The translations under genes were made by a program, and so were the position numbers. Source: Saccostrea echinata (lineage: Eukaryota). Taken from it: DNA of 64,000 nucleotides. The stretch's first letter is position 1, and every line of letters starts with the position of its first letter. The notes under the pieces are model-generated. The model made no database searches, was not told the origin of the DNA, and worked only from the letters and a program-made list of their open reading frames with translations. Location: positions 44,516,001-44,580,000 of the forward strand of contig NW_026889758.1 in assembly GCF_033153115.1 (NCBI RefSeq), in the 5' to 3' direction. Below, piece by piece: positions 53,301-61,536 of this stretch.

Positions 53301-56300
53301 CCAGATGTGTTCGCAACCCTCCCACTCATCCCTCCGGACCCGCCCCCCTTAAATACAATGCGACAAGTGTTTTGAAAAAGTCTTATAATATTGTAAATAG
53401 ACTATAGACAGACGTGTTAACCACTGTCACTATAAGTTAGTTTAATCACAAGTCTTGAATCACTGTTCCGGACTAGTTTTTGTGCACAATATTGGATTGG
53501 CTGTCCTTTCTCCGCATCAATCCCTATGAGCTGGATTTCCTGCTGGTACCTGTTTGTTGTTGAATATCTGAAAAAAGCAAAAGATCTGACAGCAGATTAC
53601 TGCAATTTGGTGACATTTTCATTAGCCAATGATTGCATTGGCTAATGACGGATAACTCTTTCATATTGATGATAGGTTTGGATATTTTGGTAGAATTTTC
53701 TTAAAGTTTTAGGGAATATATGAGATGGCATAAAGGAATGTACGAATCAAATAGTATGAAATTACATGTATATAAAAAAGGGGACGGGTGGGTGGGTAAT
53801 AATTTTGATGTGGATCTCCTGCCTCACCCTGTTGCTGGATGGCGGGAAAAGGAAGTGCCATCAATTAATCAACTCGTACCAATACGAGTCTTTTGCCTTT
53901 TGGATTATAACCAATTCGTTCCACTATTAGTTTTAACAACATTGTAATGTGCTTCCGTCAATTAAATGAGATTAATTTGGTATAAGGGCAAATTAATCTG
54001 CCTTAATTGAACAGTCAGGTAATCACTGCCCCGCAGGACCTGACATGCCTTGTTACTTGATTCTTTTCACACATACGGTCATCATGACCTTTCCTTGTTG
54101 CCAGCTTTACAATAGACAACAGCTGCATAATTTTCATTACATTTATTAAAGACTTGAACAAAAACATATACAATCTTGCATTACTCATAACTGTGATGGA
54201 CATAAGGGAATTGGCATTAAATGGCCGCATTGCATAAATGTACAATCAAAAAATAGGGTCCAGGAGGGATAGCTGGCATACCGACTAATAAGTACCGGGC
54301 AAAACCAGTGGCCCTGTGTTAGTCACAGATGCCCGAGATCCCAAATTTAGGTACTAGACATTAGGGACCGAGAGATTTGCGAGCACATCTGTATACCCTG
54401 CTTCCGGAGATTGCTTCTGGTCAGCAGTACTTTTACACCCAAGTACTCCAGCACTAAGCCTCCCCTCCTGTTACAAGAGGTGGAGGGGGCCCCAGGCCTG
54501 CAGACTTGGCTACGACCCCAATCGAAAACTTTTTACTTGACTTTTTACTTGACTTTTATTACACATTGCCATAGGTTGGATACTTTGTAGACAACCTGTC
54601 TACCCAACAATGTGCCCACCAACTTGTCTGATGGCTGGGCAGGGAAACAACGAGCCAGATGTGTTCGCAACCCTCCCACTCATCCCTCCGGACCCGCCAC
54701 AGACATCGATATGATGTTCCTCCATTACTTTACATTAAGGGATACTTTTCCCTTCCCTTGAATGAGGGACCACAATCCACTTTTTATGTTATTTAAGAAA
54801 GTTCTGTTGCCAAGCTCAGAGAGGTGTGTACCATCAAATCTAAACAATTCCGGATTAGCAACGGATATGTTTGCATGTGAAATTACACCCCCACCCATTT
54901 CTGCGACAAATTTTGAGATATTTTTGTTAATTCTTTTACGTTTCTTGTCTATCTTTTTTCCACTGTTCAATGGAGCTCCATGCCAATAACGGCGTGGTAG
55001 AATGTGTGACCACACCAGTTTAGTATTTGGGAGAAGAGCATTATATCGCAGGAAGCTGCATTGAATCTCTTGTATGAATTTTTTGCTAGTTAAGTTTGGA
55101 GTTACCAAATCGTTGGATCCTAGATGAATTACTAAGTAATTTGGGGGTACTTCATGCTTGATGAGCTGTAGGATTTGTGGGTCTAATTCCTGCCAGTGCA
55201 TCCCCCTGCGTGATCTCCATAGCAGTGTGGCAGGGAGGTTCAGGCTTTGTCCCCCTGGGCAGTGTTTGGCTGCTTCCCCTGCCCAAAAAGGAATGGATGA
55301 TCCTATGATCCATACTTTTAGACCTGCAATGCTTTGGGTTGGTTAGTTTTGGATTTTAAATTGACTACACACATGTCCAAATATCCCCCCCCCCCCCCGG
55401 CATCGATGGGTAGATGTCTGTAGTCCTAGTAGGCATGGGAATGTTGTTGTGAACCAAGTTACATGATCCTTATGTATTTAAGAAAAGCTACTGATTTCCA
55501 TCTACCAAACTTCTGAATTTCAGAATCGGATGTGCCCTGTAATGCAAGGTCTGTTGCCCTCCCAATTCGAAAGCTGTGTGTGCCAAAATGGCCTGGTGTT
55601 GGTATTATGTTTTCAATAGCCTTTTGAAGGACTGCGTTGAATTGATATCTCGTCAATGGTTTTGTATTAAGATGAATTAGAAAACTGTGGTTAACAGGGG
55701 TATGGGGCCTACACTTGATAAAATCCAAGGTAGCTTTAACTGGGCACAGGGTAGCAAGTGGCTGGCTATGGATAATAAAGGTGGTATTCTTACCCACCTG
55801 GTCAGTTTTGGAGTGTGGTATGGTTAACCTTAAATAGGGCTTGTGTGGATGTGCTTGAATGTGTTTGAGTTGTATGCAATGGGATGAATTCGGTGTGTTT
55901 GAGTTGACTAAAGTGAATTCCCCTACGCGAAGTAATGCAAAGTATGCTAATGAAAAAGCACATGTGAACAGTTTGACCTCGTAAGTGGAGCAACACACTG
56001 ACTGTAGTGATATAACAAGCTTTTCCAAAATTGGTAGGGTTATTGGGAGGCGGCTGTCTGGAACAACTCTGTTGTTGCGCTTTAAGCCTTGAAGTGCTTT
56101 GTTAATTTGGAAGGACTTGGTAGGGTCAGGAAGATGGTTTATTTTGTGGAAGTATGACAATGCACTAATGTAAAGGGACACTGAATTGGCTGACATTTTT
56201 TGGATGGATAGGTAGGCTATAAAATATAGTAATATGTTGCTGTGCAGGGGCCAGGTTTGCTGTAAGCCATAAATGTTTAAAAATGATTGGAATTTATTCA

Positions 56301-59300
56301 GTGCAGCCCGGTAAGCTTTGTAGGTGTTTTGTGACAAGGAGCTATGAATAAGGCGTTTGGACTCAGCAATTAGATTTCCCATATCTGCTTGGGGAGCTGT
56401 GTGGGCCACATCTCTGCCTCTGGAGCCAGGTTGCGAAACTTTCCCCACTGTGAACGAGAAATACTGTCAGCTATTTTGTTCATTTTTGTTGGGATGTGTT
56501 GGGCTTTAATTGTAATGTTATGTTGCAAAGTGAGGAGAACAAGTTTTCTGACAGTGTTCATTACCCTTGTTGACTTAGATGTCAATGTGTTAATGACTTG
56601 TACAACTGCCATGTTGTCAATGTGGAAAAGTATGCGTTTGTTTGATAACCATGGGTGCCATAACAGGAGTGAAACATATACTGGAAATAGTTCTAAGAAT
56701 GTCATGTCACGAATAACGTCAGAAAACACCCAGTGGGTAGGCCATTTTGAGTGAGCCCAGCGGCCAGCAAAAAAGATTCCAAACCCCCCATTAAACCCCC
56801 CTGCGCTATCTGTGAATAGCTGTAGACTGTTATCTGATGACCAAATACCGGAGCATATGACTGTGACCCCATTAAAGTGTTTCAAAAATTGCTGCCATAC
56901 TGCAAGGTCTGCTTTCATACCTTGATTAACTCTTATCATGTGATATGATTTTTTGATGCCAATAGTGGCATCAACTAGTCGCCTGCAAAAGGCTCTGCCA
57001 GGTGCTACTGTTTTGCAGGCAAAATTGAGGAAGCCAATCAGTGATTGTAAGGCCTTTAAGGAGACCTTTTTACTTATCATGACTGTTTGAATGCTTTGTC
57101 GGAGAGAAACTAACTTGTCTTGCGGAAGTAGCATTACCATGTGGATTGTGTCAAATTCAATTCCTAGAAAAATTATTGTTGTGCTAGGCTCGGTGGTTTT
57201 GTCAAGAGCTATTGGTATTCCGATATGGCTACAGATATTTTTGAAAAGGTCGAGGGTAGATTGGCACTGATTAGAATTTGGTGGTCCCGCGAAGAGAAAA
57301 TCATCTAAATAGTGTAGAATATGGGGGTTACGTGAGCTAGATTGAATGATCCAATGTAATGCAGTTGCGAACTTCTCCCAGATTGCGCAGCTAATGGATG
57401 CACCGAATGGCATCATTTTGTCAAAAAAGTATTTACCCTGGAATTTAAACCCCAATAGATCAAAATCATTTTTGGCCACAGGAATGAGCCGGAATGCAGA
57501 TTTTATGTCGGATTTAGCCAATAAAGTACCTGCCCCCAGTGTCGAGATGATGGCTGCTGCGTCGTCCACTGATGCGTAGTGTACTGAACATGCAGCTGGA
57601 TCTATAAAGGAATTGATCGATTGATGTTCTGGGAAGGACAGGTGATGGATGAGTCTAAAATCTCCATCTTTTTTGGGGACAAGTCCTAATGGTGAAATTT
57701 GAAGGGATGGGAATGGTGGGTATTCAAATGGTCCCCCTACCCTCTGGAGCAGGAGTTCTTTATGTATTTTGTGTTCCACTATACTGGGGTTTACTATAGC
57801 ACTTTTTAAATTTTTTGATTCCCTGTAAATTCTTGGGCCATTGTACTGGAGTTGAAAACCATGTAGGAAACCGTTTATGAGAAAAGATTTAGCACTGTAA
57901 CCTTGTAGATAAGTAGACAAATTGGAGACATCAATTGGAGTTTTTCCTAAACTGTTGATATCCTCGTTAGAATCATGTATTTCTATTCCTGCATTTGATT
58001 GAGGGGTGTGATCCGCCACATGAATTGCACGAGTGGACAAACCTGCAATTTGGGTAGAATTTGCATCACTTGCCTGAATTAAAATCATAACAGTAACGAT
58101 TGGGTGCTGAATTTACATTTTTCTTAGCTGCTGGTATATTGGGCTGTTTATGTTGGGGGAAAAAATTTTGTGTGGGAGATATGGGCTTTTCTTGGGCCTG
58201 CATGGTGTAATTGTTGGTGACATGGATCAACCAGAGTTCAGAGTTTATGATTCCCCAGGACGAGTGTGGGTCTGACACTTTGCGAAGCCGAAATTGTTCA
58301 TCATATGTGAACCAACCATTCCCCGATCTGTCTGCTGCCATTCTTACATCCCTCATATATTTCAAAAATTCTTGGGCTCTAGATCTATATTTTTCTAACA
58401 TAATACTTGTGAAGATGATGAAGGCTGAAGTCCATTTTTCAATTGACAAAAAGGTGCGGGGTTTATGCTTCACAAGGCACATTGTGCCGTTGCGTATTTG
58501 TATTTGGCCTTGTGTATCTAAGTGATCTGAGATTTCCCGCGCCGATTTTAGAAGTATGGATAGATCGACAAATTTTCCCTCCCAAATTTTTTGTTTAATT
58601 TTTAGTGGAACATGGGCGCTAATGGGATCTAAAGAACTGGGGGTTTGAGCAGGTTGGTAATCCGCAATGCTAAATGGGGGGCCACCGAATTCACTATTGT
58701 TTGTATGGTGTGTTAAGGCATCTACTGTGGGGAGCAAAATGTCACACTCACCCGAGATGTAATAATTTTGATGTGGATCTCCTGCCTCACCCTGTTGCTG
58801 GATGGCGGGAAAAGGAAGTGCCATCAATTAATCAACTCGTACCAATACGAGTCTTTTGCCTTTTGGATTATAACCAATTCGTTCCACTATTAGTTTTAAC
58901 AACATTGTAATGTGCTTCCGTCAATTAAATGAGATTAATTTGGTATAAGGGCAAATTAATCTGCCTTGTAGTGAAACTTTCAATTACTTCCTGGAATATT
59001 TATGATATTTTTTATTTAGATCAGTACCTTGTTATTTCAGGGAAGAAAAGAATAGACACCTTGGCATGGAACACCACCTACTTCAGAACAAGAATGAGAG
59101 AGATGGGATTTATTGTGTATGGAAATGATCACTCACCAGTTGTTCCAACTCTGTTATTTATGCCTGGGAAAATTAGGTAAACATTGTACTGTTTTCTTTT
59201 GCACATGTTAAACTTATCTCTAGCAGTTCAAAAAAAAAAAAAAATTAAAATTAAAATAAAAAAAACAAACAATGTAAACTTTTCTCATGAGAATCAGATT

Positions 59301-61536
59301 AATTTACAAGATGATTCTGAATGATGAGCTAATTTCTAACACCAGGGCAGGAGTAAATGCTTACTGATTTTAATTAAGGAATAACTGTCTAATTTTTTGG
59401 ATTCATGATGTGATCAATCGAGTGGCTTGCGTGATAATTTGCATAAACACCGAAGGCGTTTATGCATAAAATTATCACGCAAGCCAATCGATTGATCATC
59501 GTCATGAATCCAAAAAATCTGACAGTTATTCCTTATATTTACATGCTCCTGATTCTGCAAATTCCCGTGCTAATAGCCCTGCTTCTGTCTCTATTTGTCC
59601 CGCCCCGCACAAGTTTTTTTTTAACCGCGCCTATCGATGAACCAGTAGATTTATGTAGAAATAAAGTATTTTTACAATTTGTAATTTTATCTCGGACAAA
59701 GACATTGGAAATGTAAATATTTACATTTATTCAATTAATTTAAGATACCATGTTTACCCTCAAAATTTTAATTTTGTATATATACAGATAATCCTTCTTT
59801 CACTCTCTTACTTATGTATTTTATTTAAGTTGCCTTAGTAGAGAGTGTTTGCAGAGGGGATTGGGAATCGTGGTGGTAGGGTTTCCAGCAACCCCCATTA
59901 TTGAGTCCAGGGCAAGATTCTGCCTGTCTGCAGCCCACACAAAGGAAATGTTAGACAAGGTATGCCTGCTTAATCATTACTTTTATGATTTTATTAAGGT
60001 CTTCAATTTTTATTTATTTATTTTTTTTTTTTGAAAAGAGAAATATAGTTAATAGTATACTTATTGATGTATGGTACATAGAATTAGTTCCAACTCTTCC
60101 AACTGGCCTTTACTCAGAAATCTTAGGGATGACATAAAATGCTTAGTACATGAGCTTTGTCAAGTCATGCTGTAATATTTCTGCCCTCTGTTTTCATTTG
60201 TTCTTCAGCAACATTGCATGTAACTCTTTCATTGTTTCTACTGAAATGATACAGAATTTTAAAAAATAATACATGTACAGTGTATGTAGAATGTAATGGC
60301 CAAATTACTATAATATTGCCCTGGATAAAAGAAAGAATATTCTTCTATCTTTAAGATTTTGTATGTAATAATGAGCTATGATTACCTGGTATTTGCTTTT
60401 TTTTCTTCCCAAAAAAAACTTATGTACCAGAATTTGTTATGAATTGAATATAAGATATGTGGGCAAAGGGAGTTAAGTTACCTTTGCATTTTTATTGTCC
60501 TAGTTCTTGTTCAGATATGCTGATACGTATTGGTGAGAGTTATTCAACATCAACAAATTAGACCTTGCCTTTCCTTTGACCTTAACCTCACTTTTCTGAA
60601 ATTTGTGTTTAGCTCAGTTCCAAAGAAACTACTCAAGATATTTTTATCAAACTTCATATGCTAATACATAATGATGAGATTTATTCAACTGCATCAATAT
60701 TTTGATTTTGACCTTTCCTTTGACCTTGACCTCAATTTTCTGAAATTTGCATATAGCTCAGTTTCAAAGAAACTACTAGTATTCCTGGCAGATATATTTA
60801 TCAAACTTTGTATGCTGATACATATTGGTTTGGAGCTATGAATTGCATCAATTTTTTTTAACTTGACCTTCTGTATGTTTTTGATGTTATTTTTCTTAAG
60901 TTTGTGTTGGAACTATTCAAAAGATTTTTTTATCTAAACACATATACTGATATATATTGGTGAGATCTTGTCAATTGTGTCCAAATTTTTTTTTACCTCG
61001 ACATTCCCTTTGACCTTACTATTTGTTGTGTATAAAAGTCAGTTTCAAAGAAACTCTTCAAGATATTTTCATCAAACTTCATATATTAAAACAAATTGTG
61101 AGAGCTATTTAACTTTGTCAAATTTTCTGAAACAAACTTCCCTGTGACCTAGACCTCTCTATTTCTCATTTACCCAAATCTTAAACAAAGAGGCAAGGTA
61201 CATTTTTTTTCCATGTTGCATTACTAATAAACCCTGGGAGGTGCATTCATGTCCTATAGACATATTTCTAGTTATTGATACTTAAATATGCTATACAATT
61301 AAAAATTCTGAGTTGTCAGTATAAAACAGTCTGCAAGTAATTTCAAGTGTTATTCCCAAACTGTAATTTACCGTTATCTTTTTCACACTTAATATTTTCA
61401 GGCTTTAAATATTCTGGATGAAGTAGGAGATTTATTAAAGTTGAAATATTCAAGATTAAAACCACAGAAAGCTGTAACAGAAAGTGAAGAGAAAGAGCCC
61501 AAAAATGGTACCAGATCTCACAGGTATAATCCTTGA
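41273..61536 (+). CDS. SPTLC2: Serine palmitoyltransferase long chain base subunit 2 (SPTLC2/3, LCB2), 558 aa; exons 41273-41398, 44082-44258, 44639-44793, 47495-47640, 48292-48416, 48862-48955, 49366-49471, 50609-50828, 51882-52008, 59041-59176, 59830-59959, 61402-61536
   Basis: Motifs [59 protein letters not shown]-lysine [16 protein letters not shown]…[11 protein letters not shown]. All GT-AG; total 1677 nt in frame. Confidence 0.96.
44082..44258 (+). CDS. SPTLC2: SPTLC2 exon 2
   Basis: [16 protein letters not shown]…RDFLR. Confidence 0.92.
44639..44793 (+). CDS. SPTLC2: SPTLC2 exon 3
   Basis: [28 protein letters not shown]. Confidence 0.94.
44995..45414. mobile_element. hAT-type MITE
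   Basis: TAGGGGTGAAACG…CGTTTCACTCCTA, 8-bp TSD ATGCCCAA. Confidence 0.88.
47495..47640 (+). CDS. SPTLC2: SPTLC2 exon 4
   Basis: [10 protein letters not shown]. Confidence 0.94.
48292..48416 (+). CDS. SPTLC2: SPTLC2 exon 5
   Basis: [11 protein letters not shown]. Confidence 0.94.
48862..48955 (+). CDS. SPTLC2: SPTLC2 exon 6
   Basis: [22 protein letters not shown]…FKHN. Confidence 0.94.
49366..49471 (+). CDS. SPTLC2: SPTLC2 exon 7
   Basis: [18 protein letters not shown]. Confidence 0.94.
49511..49898. mobile_element. MITE with CAGGG termini and 5-bp TSD (hAT5-like)
   Basis: CAGGGATTTTTCCACT / AGTGGAAAATCCCTG, flanks TGATC. Confidence 0.75.
50609..50828 (+). CDS. SPTLC2: SPTLC2 exon 8 (PLP-binding lysine)
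   Basis: LDEAHSIGA…[14 protein letters not shown]. Confidence 0.96.
51882..52008 (+). CDS. SPTLC2: SPTLC2 exon 9
   Basis: [15 protein letters not shown]…GKDGTDEG. Confidence 0.93.
52649..53344 (-). repeat. Ngaro repeat B2 (696 bp), copy of 54003-54698
   Basis: Constant 1354-bp offset; no differences noticed by eye. Confidence 0.95.
53796..54004 (-). repeat. Ngaro repeat A2 (209 bp), copy of 58759-58967
   Basis: Constant 4963-bp offset. Confidence 0.95.
54003..54698 (-). repeat. Ngaro repeat B1
   Basis: Direct repeat of 52649-53344. Confidence 0.95.
54725..55323 (-). CDS. SGNH/GDSL hydrolase of the Ngaro element (frame extends 40 codons upstream of the listed ATG)
   Basis: Block I VWIIGSSI (~55315-55292), block III HLGSND, block V DGTH. 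Confidence 0.9.
55459..56448 (-). CDS. Tyrosine recombinase (integrase)
   Basis: Catalytic R (LLRVGE), K (HSKTDQ), HSFR, GRWKS, Y (FLKYIR); overlaps the end of the RT ORF. Confidence 0.96.
   Translation of the reverse strand: MGKVSQPGSRGRDVAHTAPQADMGNLIAESKRLIHSSLSQNTYKAYRAALNKFQSFLNIYGLQQTWPLHSNILLYFIAYLSIQKMSANSVSLYISALSYFHKINHLPDPTKSFQINKALQGLKRNNRVVPDSRLPITLPILEKLVISLQSVCCSTYEVKLFTCAFSLAYFALLRVGEFTLVNSNTPNSSHCIQLKHIQAHPHKPYLRLTIPHSKTDQVGKNTTFIIHSQPLATLCPVKATLDFIKCRPHTPVNHSFLIHLNTKPLTRYQFNAVLQKAIENIIPTPGHFGTHSFRIGRATDLALQGTSDSEIQKFGRWKSVAFLKYIRIM
56370..58088 (-). CDS. Reverse transcriptase / RNase H (DIRS/Ngaro type)
   Basis: [36 protein letters not shown]; RNaseH FTDSAG, LELFPV, HIDN, IADSISR. 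Confidence 0.96.
   Translation of the reverse strand: MILIQASDANSTQIAGLSTRAIHVADHTPQSNAGIEIHDSNEDINSLGKTPIDVSNLSTYLQGYSAKSFLINGFLHGFQLQYNGPRIYRESKNLKSAIVNPSIVEHKIHKELLLQRVGGPFEYPPFPSLQISPLGLVPKKDGDFRLIHHLSFPEHQSINSFIDPAACSVHYASVDDAAAIISTLGAGTLLAKSDIKSAFRLIPVAKNDFDLLGFKFQGKYFFDKMMPFGASISCAIWEKFATALHWIIQSSSRNPHILHYLDDFLFAGPPNSNQCQSTLDLFKNICSHIGIPIALDKTTEPSTTIIFLGIEFDTIHMVMLLPQDKLVSLRQSIQTVMISKKVSLKALQSLIGFLNFACKTVAPGRAFCRRLVDATIGIKKSYHMIRVNQGMKADLAVWQQFLKHFNGVTVICSGIWSSDNSLQLFTDSAGGFNGGFGIFFAGRWAHSKWPTHWVFSDVIRDMTFLELFPVYVSLLLWHPWLSNKRILFHIDNMAVVQVINTLTSKSTRVMNTVRKLVLLTLQHNITIKAQHIPTKMNKIADSISRSQWGKFRNLAPEAEMWPTQLPKQIWEI
57973..58824 (-). CDS. Ngaro gag-like ORF with C-terminal CCCH + CCHC zinc fingers; in-frame TGA at 58066-58068
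   Basis: [40 protein letters not shown] motifs; the same frame continues past TGA as [25 protein letters not shown]. Confidence 0.85.
58759..58967 (-). repeat. Ngaro repeat A1
   Basis: Direct repeat of 53796-54004; contains the gag ATG. Confidence 0.95.
59041..59176 (+). CDS. SPTLC2: SPTLC2 exon 10
   Basis: [15 protein letters not shown]. Confidence 0.94.
59375..59535. repeat. 161-bp palindrome (hairpin), probably transposon-derived
   Basis: ~75-bp arms TAAGGAATAACTGTC…GCATAAAC / GTTTATGC…GACAGTTATTCCTTA around a CCGAAGG loop. Confidence 0.85.
59830..59959 (+). CDS. SPTLC2: SPTLC2 exon 11
   Basis: [24 protein letters not shown]. Confidence 0.94.
60500..61272. repeat. Degenerate ~145-bp tandem array of an old HINE-like element
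   Basis: Repeated TTTGACCTT…GCTCAGTTTCAAAGAAACTACT…ATCAAACTT units. Confidence 0.65.
61402..61536 (+). CDS. SPTLC2: SPTLC2 exon 12 (last coding)
   Basis: [18 protein letters not shown]…RYNP*. Confidence 0.9.
   Translation, partial: ALNILDEVGDLLKLKYSRLKPQKAVTESEEKEPKNGTRSHRYNP

Larger units (their letters stand above)
52649..58967 (-). mobile_element. Ngaro-type (DIRS order) tyrosine-recombinase retrotransposon, full length, antisense in SPTLC2 intron 9
   Basis: gag, RT/RNaseH, YR and SGNH ORFs; split direct repeats A1 58759-58967, B1 54003-54698, A2 53796-54004, B2 52649-53344; no TSD beyond a shared TT. Confidence 0.95.

Noticed and set aside
52661-54245. Duplicated 76-aa [12 protein letters not shown]…
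   Set aside because: Lies in the B repeats and spans a likely AATAAA poly(A) signal; no domain features.
52649-54698. Possible assembly duplication or classical LTR pair
   Set aside because: The A1…B1-A2…B2 geometry with a circle-type junction matches split direct repeats of YR retroelements; no TG…CA ends or TSD.
54725-55323. Functional link between the element's lipid hydrolase and neighbouring lipid genes (SPTLC2, ASPG)
   Set aside because: The hydrolase is part of a recently inserted mobile element; its location is most simply chance.
56389-58910. Plus-strand ORFs antisense to gag/pol
   Set aside because: Shadow ORFs of the coding minus strand with no motifs.
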